Below, piece by piece: positions 10,921 to 21,917 of a DNA stretch of 64,000 nucleotides. The stretch lies in NCBI RefSeq assembly GCF_009914755.1, contig NC_060927.1, one strand, 5' to 3'. The translations under genes and the position numbers were made by a program. The notes under the pieces were generated by a model that saw only the letters and a program-made list of their open reading frames with translations, had not been told where the DNA came from and did no database searches. The stretch's first letter is position 1. Every line of letters starts with the position of its first letter. The DNA comes from the human T2T-CHM13v2.0 reference genome, Homo sapiens.

Positions 10921-13900
10921 ACCAACTGATCCCACTCCTCCCTTCACCAAAGCTGAGGTCCAGAGAGGGTGTCAAAGCTCCATTATGAGCCGTTATCCCC
11001 ATTGCTCAGATGGGAATGGCAGAGGTCCAGAGGCCATCAAGAGACATTGCCCCAAATGACACAGATGGCAACAAGACCAGGTCCCAGAAGGGGACTGGCT
11101 ACTTCCCACTACTGTCTCCTGGGGCTGGGGGCTCTGGCAGGTGGGCTCAGGTGTACAGGGTCCGGCTTCAGCCCCTGGGAGGGAGCCCTGTGGGGTTGCC
11201 TTTGCTTCCAAAAGTTGCCAGGGCAAGGTGGTAAGGTCAGCAGGTGGGCCAGTGCCTCAGGTCACACCCAGACACGCCAGCCCGGGGCCACAGACCTCAC
11301 CCAGCCTCCACAGACAGTGTGATGCAGCCAGGGCACCTGCTAATCTCCTCCTGATCCGAGGCCCTCCACAACCCCTCTTCCCCTCCTCACCCCTCCCGAA
11401 ACCCACACAGACAGCCATCAAATGGAAACATGATGTAGCAGGGCCTCACCCAAGAGGCTGGTTTGGGGTTAGCTTTTGAGTTTTTTGATTTTGGATTTTT
11501 GTCTTTTTAGCTGTTATTTATCAAACCTTTGGGGGGAAAAGAAGTGAAATCACCACAGGGCAGAAACCCTAAGGGAAAACATTAACATTAGCTAAGAACA
11601 TAAAAGAACACACAATTACTTAATCATATAAGTGTCTGAAGTTAACTGTCCATCTAATTGTGATTTGTACCCAGAAGGGCCGAGCTTGTGCACTCTTCAT
11701 GGCCCAGAGTGAATATCCTGTCCAAGCTTCTCCTGCCGGCCCACCATGCTCTCCACATCACTGGGTCACCTCAAGAAAAAGCCCCTCCAAGGGGCCTGGT
11801 CCCCCACACCTCGGGCACAGCATTCATGGAAAGGAAAGGTGTACGGGACATGCCCGAGGGTCCTCAGTCCCACAGAAACAGGGAGGGGCTGGGAAGCTCA
11901 TTCTACAGATGGGGAAACAGTTCAAACCAGGCCTCCTGTGCCTGTCAGCCTTCCTCCCAGTCCAACGCTCCTGACAGATGTTTGGTTGCCCCAGTGATGG
12001 GGCGCTCCTTTCTTTTCCAGGTTGCCAGTTCTGTTTCAGACAGCTGCTTAGAAAGTCCCTATTCCTCCTGAGTCCAGCTCTTCATGGCCATCCCTGCCCC
12101 GTCTCACTCACCTCTCTGCTCCCATTTTCCACGTATTTGGCAAGCACTGGTTGAGCTATCAATGACTGTGCAGCCTTGTGCCAGGCATCCCCTGGGGTAA
12201 AAGGCATCCCCTGGAGTTGTGCCACAAAACAGCCCACACATTGGACTTGGGCTTAACAAGTAGGGAACAGGACAAGCAGCGTCCCTGCTGTGATAGGGCT
12301 CATAGTCCACCTCTCCGGCCTTAACAAGCTTCTCTCCCACCTCCCAGCCTCCCCGGACACATCACCTGCTGTCCACTCCCATTCCCTCCACCCAGGCTCA
12401 AGACAAGAATCCCCATCTTGTCCATCAGGAAGGGGCCATAGGTCACACCATTTATTCCTCACATCAACCCCAGGCAGTGAGCCGTGCTATCCTTATTACA
12501 TGGAGGAGGAGGTGGAGGCTCAGAGCAGGTAAAGCAACTGGCTTAAGGACACTGGACTGGGCGTTTTACCAGGGAGAGGCTGGAAGGAGAAGACTAGAGA
12601 CAGAGACCCCAAATCCTGTCCACCGCACCCAATCAACATCAACCAACCCTAGAAATGCAAACAGCCCCACTCTACCAAACTCCCTCCTCATCCTCATCTC
12701 CTCCCTCAGAACTGCCCCAGGGTCAGAGCCCCTGCAATCAGCATAGAAAATGCCACTGGGTTCAAGGGAAAAGGCTGGTGCCGAATCTTTGGCTTTGGAA
12801 TTTAATTCTGAAAGATATATAAAGGGCTTGTCAAACCCTGCATGGGGCATCCAGTCTCACCAGCCTCACCAAGTCAGCACCCGACGGCATCCGGCTGCTT
12901 TGAAGAATGGATCTCATCAAATTACCCAGATGCTCCCATTGGCTCTTTCTTCGGAATCATGGAAATATTTAAACTTAAAGTTTTCCTCTTTGGTTCTTAT
13001 AACAACTAACCAGGTGTAGAGCTTGTCTATACACAGAGAGACTACTATTATTAATAGTATTATTACTATTATTGTAATAGTTTTTTTTCCTTTTCTTCTC
13101 CCTACTGCCTGCTTTATCCCAGTTTCCTTATATCTATTTTATCTTGTTGAGGCACCTAAATTTTTGGCCACCACTGCACATTACTTTTGGAACAAGGTGA
13201 GCTTTAAACCCACAAAGGCAGCCCTTGGTATTTGTGAAGGCATATGAGGGAATGAAGTTGCTCAAGGGAGAGATGGAAAAGAGAGAGCAAATGCTGAAGC
13301 AGAGAGGGACTTCGGGTCCCTGGGCCACCACATCTACAGCCACCAGAAGCGTGACATTCCCCACCCACTCTGGCAGCCTTGATGGGTGGCCATTGGCTAA
13401 GCTCCCCTACCTCCCTGGGGTTTTCATGATAAAGCAGGGACAGACCCATGTGTGCCCCACCTCTCCTGCCTCCCTGTGAGCCTGCTCCACCTGCAAGCAT
13501 CCCTGGATGGCATCACACTGTTAGCCACAGGCTTCAGTACTGGCTCCTCAGGTGATGAGTGGAGTAAGGGGCCCTGGTCTAGATATTTCCGCATCTAAAT
13601 TCTGTCCTCTTGGAGAGGAAAGTGGGGCTGTGCATTAATTCCACTTTTCCGATAATAACCTCTTGAGTAGCTCAAGTGTGGTTCTCTTTTATTCCTTCCT
13701 TAACACTTGCTGGTAGCCTCTGGATTGAGAGGTATCTCCAAAGTGATGCAGACACCATTTCCACCTGCCAGTTGCAATTATCCAAATTAAGGCCAAGTGG
13801 ACACACGGCTGGTGTTCTAACTGAGCTCACAGCCACTCTGACCCCTGCATCCCCGAGGCCTAGGCATGATGTGGCCAGGCTGGTGGTGGCCAGAGTCCAC

Positions 13901-16139
13901 GTCATCACCTCTGTGTTTGATGAGGTGCTCACATCTGGACTGGGCTCCTGCTCCTGGCTGTGTGCTTGGGGCAGCGGGGAGGTCCCGGCTGCAGCAGCAT
14001 CATGAATCCCTGCCGGTCTCTGTTTGGATTCTTCTCAGTACCTGAGACAGAATGCTGAGGAGGACCAAGAGAAGCCCTGGGTTTTTCATGCAACACCCAC
14101 CCTTCCCTGTGAATTCCTAAAGAAGCAAAGGGAAGTAGGACCTGAAATTCTTAAAGTCCTCTTCTTTCCCTGCCCCTTGGGCTTCAGCAGGAGCCCGTCT
14201 CTACTGAAGGTCTGGTCCCCAGGAAAATCCTCAGAGGACCACAAACACTCAAGAGGCCTATGACCTCCACTCTGGCCAGGATCTGTGTGTGTCTGTTTTT
14301 TCCTCTCTCTTTTGCTTCTAAGACAAAGAAATCAATTGTTGACGTGCTTTTAAAGTGTAGAAAAGATCTAAACTTCGCTTCACGGTACGTGTGACGTGTT
14401 GACCACACACTCTCCTTCTTTAGGGAGGACACACAGTGAGAAGAGGAGTGCAAGTGAGGGGGCTGAAAAGCAGGAAGCCATAGAGGAGGGAGCTGGGAGG
14501 AAAGGGAAGGAGAAAAATCACCAGAGACTCAAGACATGAATGGGAGAGGCGAGGGGACCCCAAGGAGAGAGGAGTGGAATGTCTGTTGAATGAATTAACT
14601 GAATGCTGAAATGTCCTCATTCTAAAAGCAAGACTAAGGCTCAAGGGGAATAAAGAGATCTCTCATCTAACATCCCAAAGCTAGTAAGGGCTGGAGGAGG
14701 ACTAGACCCCACATCTCTCCAGTATCTACTCCAAAGGGTGCTGGTTTCACTTTCTTGATAGTTGGTGTTCGAGCTCCTCAAGACCTGGATCTGGTTTCTT
14801 CAGATCTGCCCAGGAAACAGGTGAGGCCTAAGGCCTTACTTAGAGACTTCCACTACTGGCTTTTGCCCAACCCCACTCCCTCATCATGTGTCCTTCATAA
14901 GAACCCTGGCACAGGAAACGTCAGCTGTGCCTCTGACTTGCTGTGTGACCTGGTGCAAGTGCCTTCCCCTCTCGGGGCCCTAGAACCCTCTCTGTAAGTT
15001 GTTACCAGGGGCCACAGGTGTTCGGTAAATATTGAATAACCAGTGTCTTGGCCACTAAAGCAAACACTGAGCTAACTGGGAGGGTTCCATAAAGCCTGGA
15101 GTCTGTGATTTTCAGAAAGGACCAAAGCAAAGTTACCAAACTGAATGAAAGCAGCTGGCACTGAGATTTCGGCTTCCCAGGATGCATGTATTTGAGACTA
15201 TTGGGAGCAGTAGTAACTGCACACAGAAATGGGACATTTGCAGTGTCTGGAGTGCAGAAAGGGTGAAAGCAAATCCTTTGGTCTTTCTTTACAAACATTT
15301 GAAGTCCCCAGCATCCAGCACGCGTTATGGGATTGCCTTCAAACAAAAACTTATAAATCATTCACCACCAGCAATCACCCCCTCCTGGTCTTTCCAAATG
15401 AGCTACTGGAAAGGGGTTGGGGGGCAGGGAGTGACAGGAAGCTGCCTGGTGCTCTGTGCCTTGGGGACAGCCACCCAGCACCAGCCACAAACCCCAGAGC
15501 CCTAGGGTGCCTCTGTTCCTCCAAGCTTTCTCCCTAGGTCGCCCTCTTCTATGCCCTCCTCTTAGCTTTCTGGCACAGGCCAAGAATGGACAATTGCCCC
15601 ACCTTCAGCCTTGTCCTCAGCAGTCCTCCTACCTGGAAGGCACATTCCCCACCTACAGAAATCACCCAGCCTCCCCCTCAAACTTGAATGTCCCCCTCAA
15701 GGCTTTCTTCTCTTTCCTCCAAGTGGAAGTGAAGTCTCAGTCCTGGGCGCTCTCCTCCCTAAGCCTGCCCACCGCTCCTTGCAGTACTCACCTCTCTGCA
15801 TGGAGACTCATCACCTCCACTCGATGAGGAGTTCAGGGATTTGTCTTCACCTCTCCCTTGGACTCCTCTGCCCCCCAACACCCCCTTCAACTACTAGGTG
15901 CTTGGTTGGACAAATTGCCCACCCCTGCAAGGCTGTCCTTGTCCAAACCAGACTTCTTGGCTTCAGCTGGATTTCTTGAACTTATAGTGGAAGTTCATCT
16001 TAACATGAACTTAAAGTTGAAGGAGCTTGAGCTTGGCCAGGGGTTCCAAACTTACCTCCACCACCTCCTCCTAACCACGTGGGAAAGCAGATGGAGTCCC
16101 TTGAACCTGTTTCCACCACCACAGTAAACCATACAGCCC

Positions 16140-16320
16140 ATATGCAGCCCAAGGACTGTGCTAAGGACTTTAACTGCATTTTCTCATGGCATTCCCCTAT
16201 GCCTGGTGACAGTTGGTACTTTTATCCTTATTGCCACCTTACAGAAGAGAAAGTGGAGGCTCAGGGAGGTTAATTGCCCTAAGTCACTTGGTCAAGGGAT
16301 GACAGAGCAGTGACTCTGTG
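16140..16320. mobile_element. MIR SINE just inside the intron 3 donor
   Basis: ttacagaagagaaagtggaggctcagggaggttaattgcctaagtcac. Confidence 0.7.
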
Positions 16321-16441
16321 GGATTTCAAACCCGCTTATCCCCCAGGAAGTCCACAGACCCCTGGACATTCTGAGGCAGCAAGATAAGGGCCTCCCCCAG
16401 CCACCAGGCTCCCTCCTCCTGGGTCTCCCAGCCCTGGCTAC

Positions 16442-17363
16442 CTTCCTTGGGCGCGTTGGCATCCCAGACGCTCCACATCTGCACGAAGAAGAAAGGCGTC
16501 CAGCACACGATGAAGGCCAGCACGATGATGAAAGTCATCTTGACCGTGCGGATCTTGGCCTTGGAGATGAGCTTGACGCTGCTGACACGCGCCAGGGCCA
16601 CGCGCCCCCCATCGCCAGCCGCCGCGCCCTCTGGCGCCTCGGCCGCCGCCGCTGCAGCGGTCTTGAGCCGCAAATTCTGCCAGATCTTGAAGCTGATAAG
16701 GCCGTAGCAGGCAGCGAGCACGATGACCGGCACGATGTAGACAGCTAGCGTGATCCATGTGATGTAGGCCTTGGGTCCCCAGGGCTGGATGAAGACGGCC
16801 CAGCAGTCGAAGACGCCGTCAGCCACCTCGCGCAGAGAGAAGATGTGCACCTGCGGCGCGCTGGCCACCAGGCAGCCGAGCCACGTGGCGAGCACTGCCA
16901 GGCGGTCGGTGCGGCGGCGCAGCGAGCGCAGCGGCTGGCAGATGGCCAGGCAGCGGTCCAGGGACATGAGCAGCAGCAGGTAGGTGGAGGCGAACATGCC
17001 CACCACCTGCAAGTACTTGACCAGGCGGCACAGCAGGTCGGGCCCGTAGAAGCGGAAGGTGATGTCCCACAGCAACTGCGGCAGCACCTGAAACACTGCC
17101 ACCACCAGGTCGGCGATGCTTAGGTGCTTCATGAAGAAGAAGAGGCGCGAGTGCTTCTGGCGTGTGGTGCGCAGCGCCAGCAGCACACACGCATTCCCGC
17201 TCAGCGCCAGGAGCAGGATGAGACACAGCACCGCCACCTCCACGCGCGCCAGGGCCTCGTTGCGCCGCGGGGGTCCGGCGGTGCGGTTGCCCTCGGCCCC
17301 CGGCGGCGCGGCGCTGGCGTTGGCTGCCTCGGCGCTCCAGTTGGCTGCGAGCGCGCCCTCCAT
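16442..17363 (-). CDS. OXTR: Oxytocin receptor, coding part of exon 3 (922 nt; N-terminus to TM6/ECL3)
   Basis: Translation MEGALAANWSAEAANASAAPPGAEGNRTAG... is human OXTR, with class A GPCR motifs DRC and CWTP. In-frame TAA at 17403-17405 lies upstream of the ATG. Donor GAAG|GTAGCC at 16442/16441. Confidence 0.99.
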
Positions 17364-17505
17364 GACCCTGGCGGCAGCGGTGCGCCCCGGCCTTCGAGCC
17401 CTTTACGGCTTGGCGCGGCTGGGCCGGATCCGGCGTGTCGGAGGGTGTAGGGGCGCCCGGGGCTCCACTCCTGGAGACTCCACGGACGGATCTGCTGAGT
17501 CCACC
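17364..17505 (-). other. OXTR: OXTR exon 3, 5' UTR part (142 nt)
   Basis: Acceptor GGTTTGTTTCAG|GG at 17506/17505. Confidence 0.9.
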
Positions 17506-17671
17506 CTGAAACAAACCGGGAGGGCCGTGAGGAGACCGCAGCGTTTCTCTTCCGACGCGGGTAGGGCGTGCTTGTCCCATTCCCAGGAACCCAACTCATC
17601 TGAAACAACAGGGCACAACCGCCGGCCTCGGGTTGCTCAGCCGCCACCCCAGAAATCCCCGTTGGAGGTAC

Positions 17672-17767
17672 CTCCTCTGAGCCACTGCAAATGAGCGGGA
17701 ATCCTCTACCGGCCACAAGCCCAGAGCCCCCAGCGTGCCAGTTCCTCGGGATGTTCAGCGGCTTCCA
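17672..17767 (-). other. OXTR: OXTR exon 2 (96 nt, 5' UTR)
   Basis: Acceptor CCTTCTCCCCCAG|TG at 17768/17767 and donor GAG|GTACCT at 17672/17671, giving a 166-bp intron 2. Confidence 0.88.
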
Positions 17768-18222
17768 CTGGGGGAGAAGGGAGGGTCAAAATCAGCAACG
17801 CTCCTCCGGGAGTGGGAATCTAAAACCAAATCACCTCCCCGAGGGAATCTCCAAACTACCTACTCGCCCCAGGCTCCGACCCTCAGCATATCCACCTGCC
17901 GCGGGACCCCCAAACCAGCCCCTCTCCTAGTAAACATTAATTCAAGTACTTCCTCCGGAAATCCCCAAATAGCCACTTGCCTGGGAAACCCCAGCTCTGG
18001 TCCTTCCCCGTCTAACCCCCTTTTCTAAGACGGTCGGCCGTCACTCCCTGAACTTCCACAGCACCTGCTTCGGTGGAAACCCGGTTCTGCAGTCCCTGCT
18101 GGGGGAACCCCTGCCTCAAAGCCCAAGATGCCCAAGCGCTGTTCCCAGACCCTGGCATAGACACCTCCCGCGGGGCTCCTCCCCAGCCCGGCAGCCTCGA
18201 AAGTTCTGGAACCCCTGACTTG

Positions 18223-18323
18223 CGCTTTGGACCCAGATAATCAAGGACTCTGAGTCTCAATCCCGAGAAGTCACTTTACAATCTCTCGGAACACCCCGAG
18301 CTCCTCCAGGAACAAGGAGTGCG
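18223..18323. promoter_or_regulatory. OXTR intron 1 MT2 methylation-regulated CpGs (-860, -901, -924, -934, -959)
   Basis: CpGs lie at 18223, 18264, 18287, 18297 and 18322, i.e. 860, 901, 924, 934 and 959 nt upstream of the ATG (17363), matching the commonly assayed sites. Confidence 0.85.
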
Positions 18324-18406
18324 AGGCACCCCACCACCTCCACTCGGGTCCCGATGGCTCCACCGGCCCTAGCCATCCCGTCCACCCCTGCTTAGCACCC
18401 AGCTAC

Positions 18407-18790
18407 CTGCACCGAGTCCGCAGGCGAACCTAAAGTTGACTCCCCCCGGGGAAGTTGCACGGCGACTGACGGCCCCAGTGACGCGTGCGCTCCCGGCCCG
18501 AGTTGGGATGGCCTGCCGGCTGCACCTAATGTGATGCTAAGCTGAGGTCTCTCACTGGAGCCTCGGTTGGAATCCCCTCGCCGCAGCCTGGCTGGTCGCT
18601 GGATGGGTACAGGAGGCGAGCGAGGAGCGCCTCCCAGGCTGCGCGCGCGGACAGCGTCTGGATGCGGCGCTGTGCGCTGGGGCTGAGGCTGCACTATCGC
18701 ACGGGTCCGCTAGGGGGCGGGCGAGGCCAGCCGCGCAGACCCCTCCGGAGCGGAGCTGGTTCGCCCAGCGTTGGTCCCAGAGCCTTAACA
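18407..18790 (-). other. OXTR: OXTR exon 1 (5' UTR, non-coding)
   Basis: Donor GCAG|GTAGCT at 18407/18406 gives a 639-bp intron 1. The 5' end TGTTAAGGCTCTGGG matches my recollection of the reference mRNA start; TSS is approximate. Confidence 0.88.
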
Positions 18791-18811
18791 AATGGGTTTA
18801 TTTTGCAGTGG

Positions 18812-18853
18812 TTTAAAACTGCGAGAGGGAGGGAACTCGTCAATAACCCGCCC
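18812..18853 (-). promoter_or_regulatory. OXTR core promoter: TATA-like TTTTAAA (18812-18818) and Sp1 GC box GGGCGG (18848-18853)
   Basis: Motifs ~-28 and ~-60 from the inferred TSS. Confidence 0.75.
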
Positions 18854-20372
18854 GTTTCTTCCTTTCTTGGTTTAGAAGCTCTTGACTCCGAGACACATAG
18901 GAGGCTTGAATAATAATGTTCTTCCCCGGGTAGATAGTGATGAAGTTACAAAAGCATTTAAACTGATTATTTCCCAAAAATGATGTTAATTTTCAGGCTT
19001 TTCTCTCCCCCCACACCTCCAGCTTGATGTAGCGGCTTTAGCAGTGAACTCAAATAAGTCTTTGCTTTGGAATACTTTTGTTCCTATTCCCGTTAATGAG
19101 GAATTAGAAATGGCCTCTATTCTAAGCAGTGCTGGGAGAGGCGTTATTTTTTCGGTAGTTTTAGAGGAAATTCTGAAGCACAACACTGTCTTCATTTAAA
19201 GTGATTCTGCTTGTCTGCGCCCAAGAGCCGTTTCTGCCTCCTTGTCGCGCTTCGGAATTAAAATTCTAAATGATGCCAAAGGAAGATAAAATGTTAAAGA
19301 CAGCTTCTCAGCCTCCCTGCCCCTTCTCTATTCTAAAATCATTTTTTGAAGTAATTTACAGTGGCCAAGAATTAAGTCAGAAAAAAAGGCCAGGATTCAA
19401 AAATAAACAGGGCTCTTTAAAATGCATTAAATGTGTATTTCCTCCTGACATTTCACTTCTCCGTCTTTTTATTATGTGGAGAGACTTGAGTTAGCCAAGG
19501 ACTGGGTTTCCTTAATCCACAATTACAGCCCCATGCCGAGATATCCCAGGGGCCAACCTTACAGCACCTGGATCCCAGGGTTCTAGCTGAGTAATCATTC
19601 CAGAATGGGGCTGGGAATCTTGACAGCATTGCCAAGGGGTGGCAGGCAGTATTAATCAATATTAGTCAATAGTACCTATCGGCCTCGAAAATTACAGATT
19701 AAAGTTACAGACGACTCAGGTGAGAATGAAGTGACCTTGGGCAAGCCCCTTCTCTTTGGGCCTCAGTCTCCTCATATGTAAAATGAGAGCACTGGTCAAG
19801 ATAGCTAATGTCTGAGGTCCTGTCCCTCTGGTTTTCTGAAACTGTATAATCTGTGCAATCTGAGGGTTCAATCCTAGCAGGTAAAACACCCCTGCCTCAC
19901 TCCACGGCTGGATGAAGGCAGATTTTTCCCTATGAGCCCCTGACCGGTGAATGTGAGAAGGAAAACACTGGCCTGTAGAACCAAGCCTGCCCTTCTTTCT
20001 CCTGGAAGACAGCTGCTTTCTAGGGAGCAAGTTTACTGAGCCACTTCACCAAGGACAGACTCTTCTACCCTTTGTAGGGAAGCCTGCCTACCTGTGTGGT
20101 CCTCGCGTAGCCCGTGAGACAGCCTAATTCTGGATTCACCTAACAGGGCTATTTAGTCTCATGCAAAAGGTAAATTCTCTAATTTAGTCTTAATCTAAAC
20201 AACAACAATAACAACAACAGTAATAGTGTGATCCCCATTTCCTGTCTTTTGTTTTATTTCTCATTGTGTGCAGAAACCAGGCAGGAAATAGAGAGGTCCC
20301 CTTGAAAACTCCTAACAATGAATAAGACATGCTCCTTCACCTTTGAGCTTCGGCCAGGGAGAAAAACACATA

Positions 20373-20452
20373 TTAGATTGGTGCAAAAGTAATTGTGGTT
20401 TTTGCTATTAAAAATAATGGCAAAAACTGCAATTACTTTTGCATCAACCTAA
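20373..20452. mobile_element. MADE1 (Hsmar1-derived 80-bp MITE)
   Basis: ttagattggtgcaaaagtaattg...caattacttttgcatcaacctaa; exactly 80 bp, palindromic, TA duplications at 20371-72 and 20453-54. Confidence 0.95.
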
Positions 20453-20699
20453 TATTTGCAGTGTGACAACAATAAATGATGTTACAGAAGTGAGGACTGC
20501 TGGGGGCTGAGGTAATACTTGGGAGATCGTTTTACAAAGAGGTAGCTGGATTTCAGAGCTCCAGAATGAGTTCTCCAGGAAGCAAAGAAAAAAGGCATAC
20601 TTCTCAGAGAGTGGTGCAGGGGAATCACTTTGGCGTTTTGGAGGAAGGACTAAAGATGAATTGCTTGGTGCCTAGCACATTGCCAGCACTTAATACATA

Positions 20700-21018
20700 C
20701 AGTTGGCCCTCTATATCCCTGTATCTGTGAGTTCAGTGGATTCAAACAATCATGGATTGAAAATATTCAGGAAAAAAAATCCTCAAAGTTCCAAAAAGCA
20801 AAAATTGAATTTGTCATGTGCCACCTACAACACTGAATGCACACAAATGCAGTGACGAGTGACATTGCATTAGGTGTTACAAGTAATCTTGAGATGACTT
20901 AAAGTATGTGAGAGGATATGCACGTGTTATATGCAAATACTGCTTCATTTTATATCAGGGATTTGTGTACCTTGAAGGCTCCCGGAACCAATCCCCCATG
21001 GATACCAAGAGATAACTG
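20700..21018. mobile_element. MER2/MER2B (TcMar-Tigger)
   Basis: TA|cagttggccctc...gataactg|TA termini; internal aagtaatcttgagatgacttaaagta...gttatatgcaaatac. Confidence 0.85.
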
Positions 21019-21449
21019 TACTTATTGATGCTAAAGGAACTTCAAGGCCATGTAAAGGAGAATGGGTTTTATTCTGTAACCCAACATTCCCCAAAATATG
21101 GGATGGAATACTTTCTGATAGTGTTAAATGTGAATTTAATATTGAGTGATACTGAATAACAGGGAGGAAATTCAGTTCTCAGTTCTGCTTACTTTTGACG
21201 TCAGCAAAGAGAAAGTCTGATATAACAAAAATCATGAAGGTGCTAGTGTAAAGATGACTGAGGTTAGAAGGCATTGGTGGGGAAGGTGGGGTGCCTGGAA
21301 GGACTGCAAGCAAAACAACGTACTCAAATCTGTGCTTGGTGAGAGAATGCTGGTAGCCACAGGGAAGATGGGAAAGGAGATACTGGCATTATGAAGGCCT
21401 TGGAGATCCAGGCAAGGGATGCTGTAGGCATGGACAAAAGATGTGACAT

Positions 21450-21854
21450 TACAGGGTGTCTTTCGGTCTTCCAAAGAAACAGAACCATTGGGATGTATAT
21501 ACGTAGAGAAAGAGATTCATTTAAGGAATTGGTTCATGTGTTATGGAGGCTGGCAAGTCCAAAATCTTCAGAGTGAGCTGACAGGCTGGAGACCCAGGGA
21601 AGAGCTGATTTTGCAGGTCAAGTCCAAAGGTCCTCTGCTGCGGAATTCCTTCTTGCTCAGGGAGGTCAGTCTTTTGTTCCATATAGACCTTCAACTGATT
21701 GGATAAGCCCACCAACGTTATGGTGGGTGATCTACTTTGTTCCAGATGTTAATCTCATCCAAAAATACCCTCACAGAAACATCCCGAATAATATTTGACC
21801 AAATATCTGGGCACCATGGCCCAGCCAAGCTGACACACAAAATGAACCATCACA
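21450..21854 (-). mobile_element. MLT2 solo LTR (ERVL)
   Basis: agaaacagaacca...aaggaattggttcatg...ggcccagccaagctgacacacaaaatgaaccatcaca. Confidence 0.85.
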
Positions 21855-21917
21855 GACAGAAATTCAGCAATCCCTGATTTACAAATGTCTTCATCTGTCT
21901 GAGTATCCGGGCATCTT

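Larger units (their letters stand above)
2395..16441 (-). other. OXTR: OXTR intron 3 (14,047 bp), splitting the CDS after TM6
   Basis: GT...AG boundaries. This intron position is typical of the vasopressin/oxytocin receptor family. Confidence 0.97.
16450..18790. promoter_or_regulatory. CpG island spanning OXTR exons 1-3
   Basis: Very high GC and CpG density (many CGCG/GCGC) against CpG-depleted flanks. Confidence 0.93.

Noticed and set aside
16326-17363. 345-aa ORF as the full OXTR protein
   Set aside because: It is exon 3 read into intron 3. The real CDS splices at 16442 to exon 4 to supply TM7/NPxxY.
16447-17694. Long plus-strand ORFs (86-192 aa) over exon 3
   Set aside because: Expected from stop-codon scarcity in a CpG island. 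They are Arg/Ala/Gly-rich with no domain.
18790-21000. Full palindromic estrogen response element upstream of OXTR
   Set aside because: Only half-sites (e.g. TGACC at ~19732) were seen; no GGTCAnnnTGACC found by eye.
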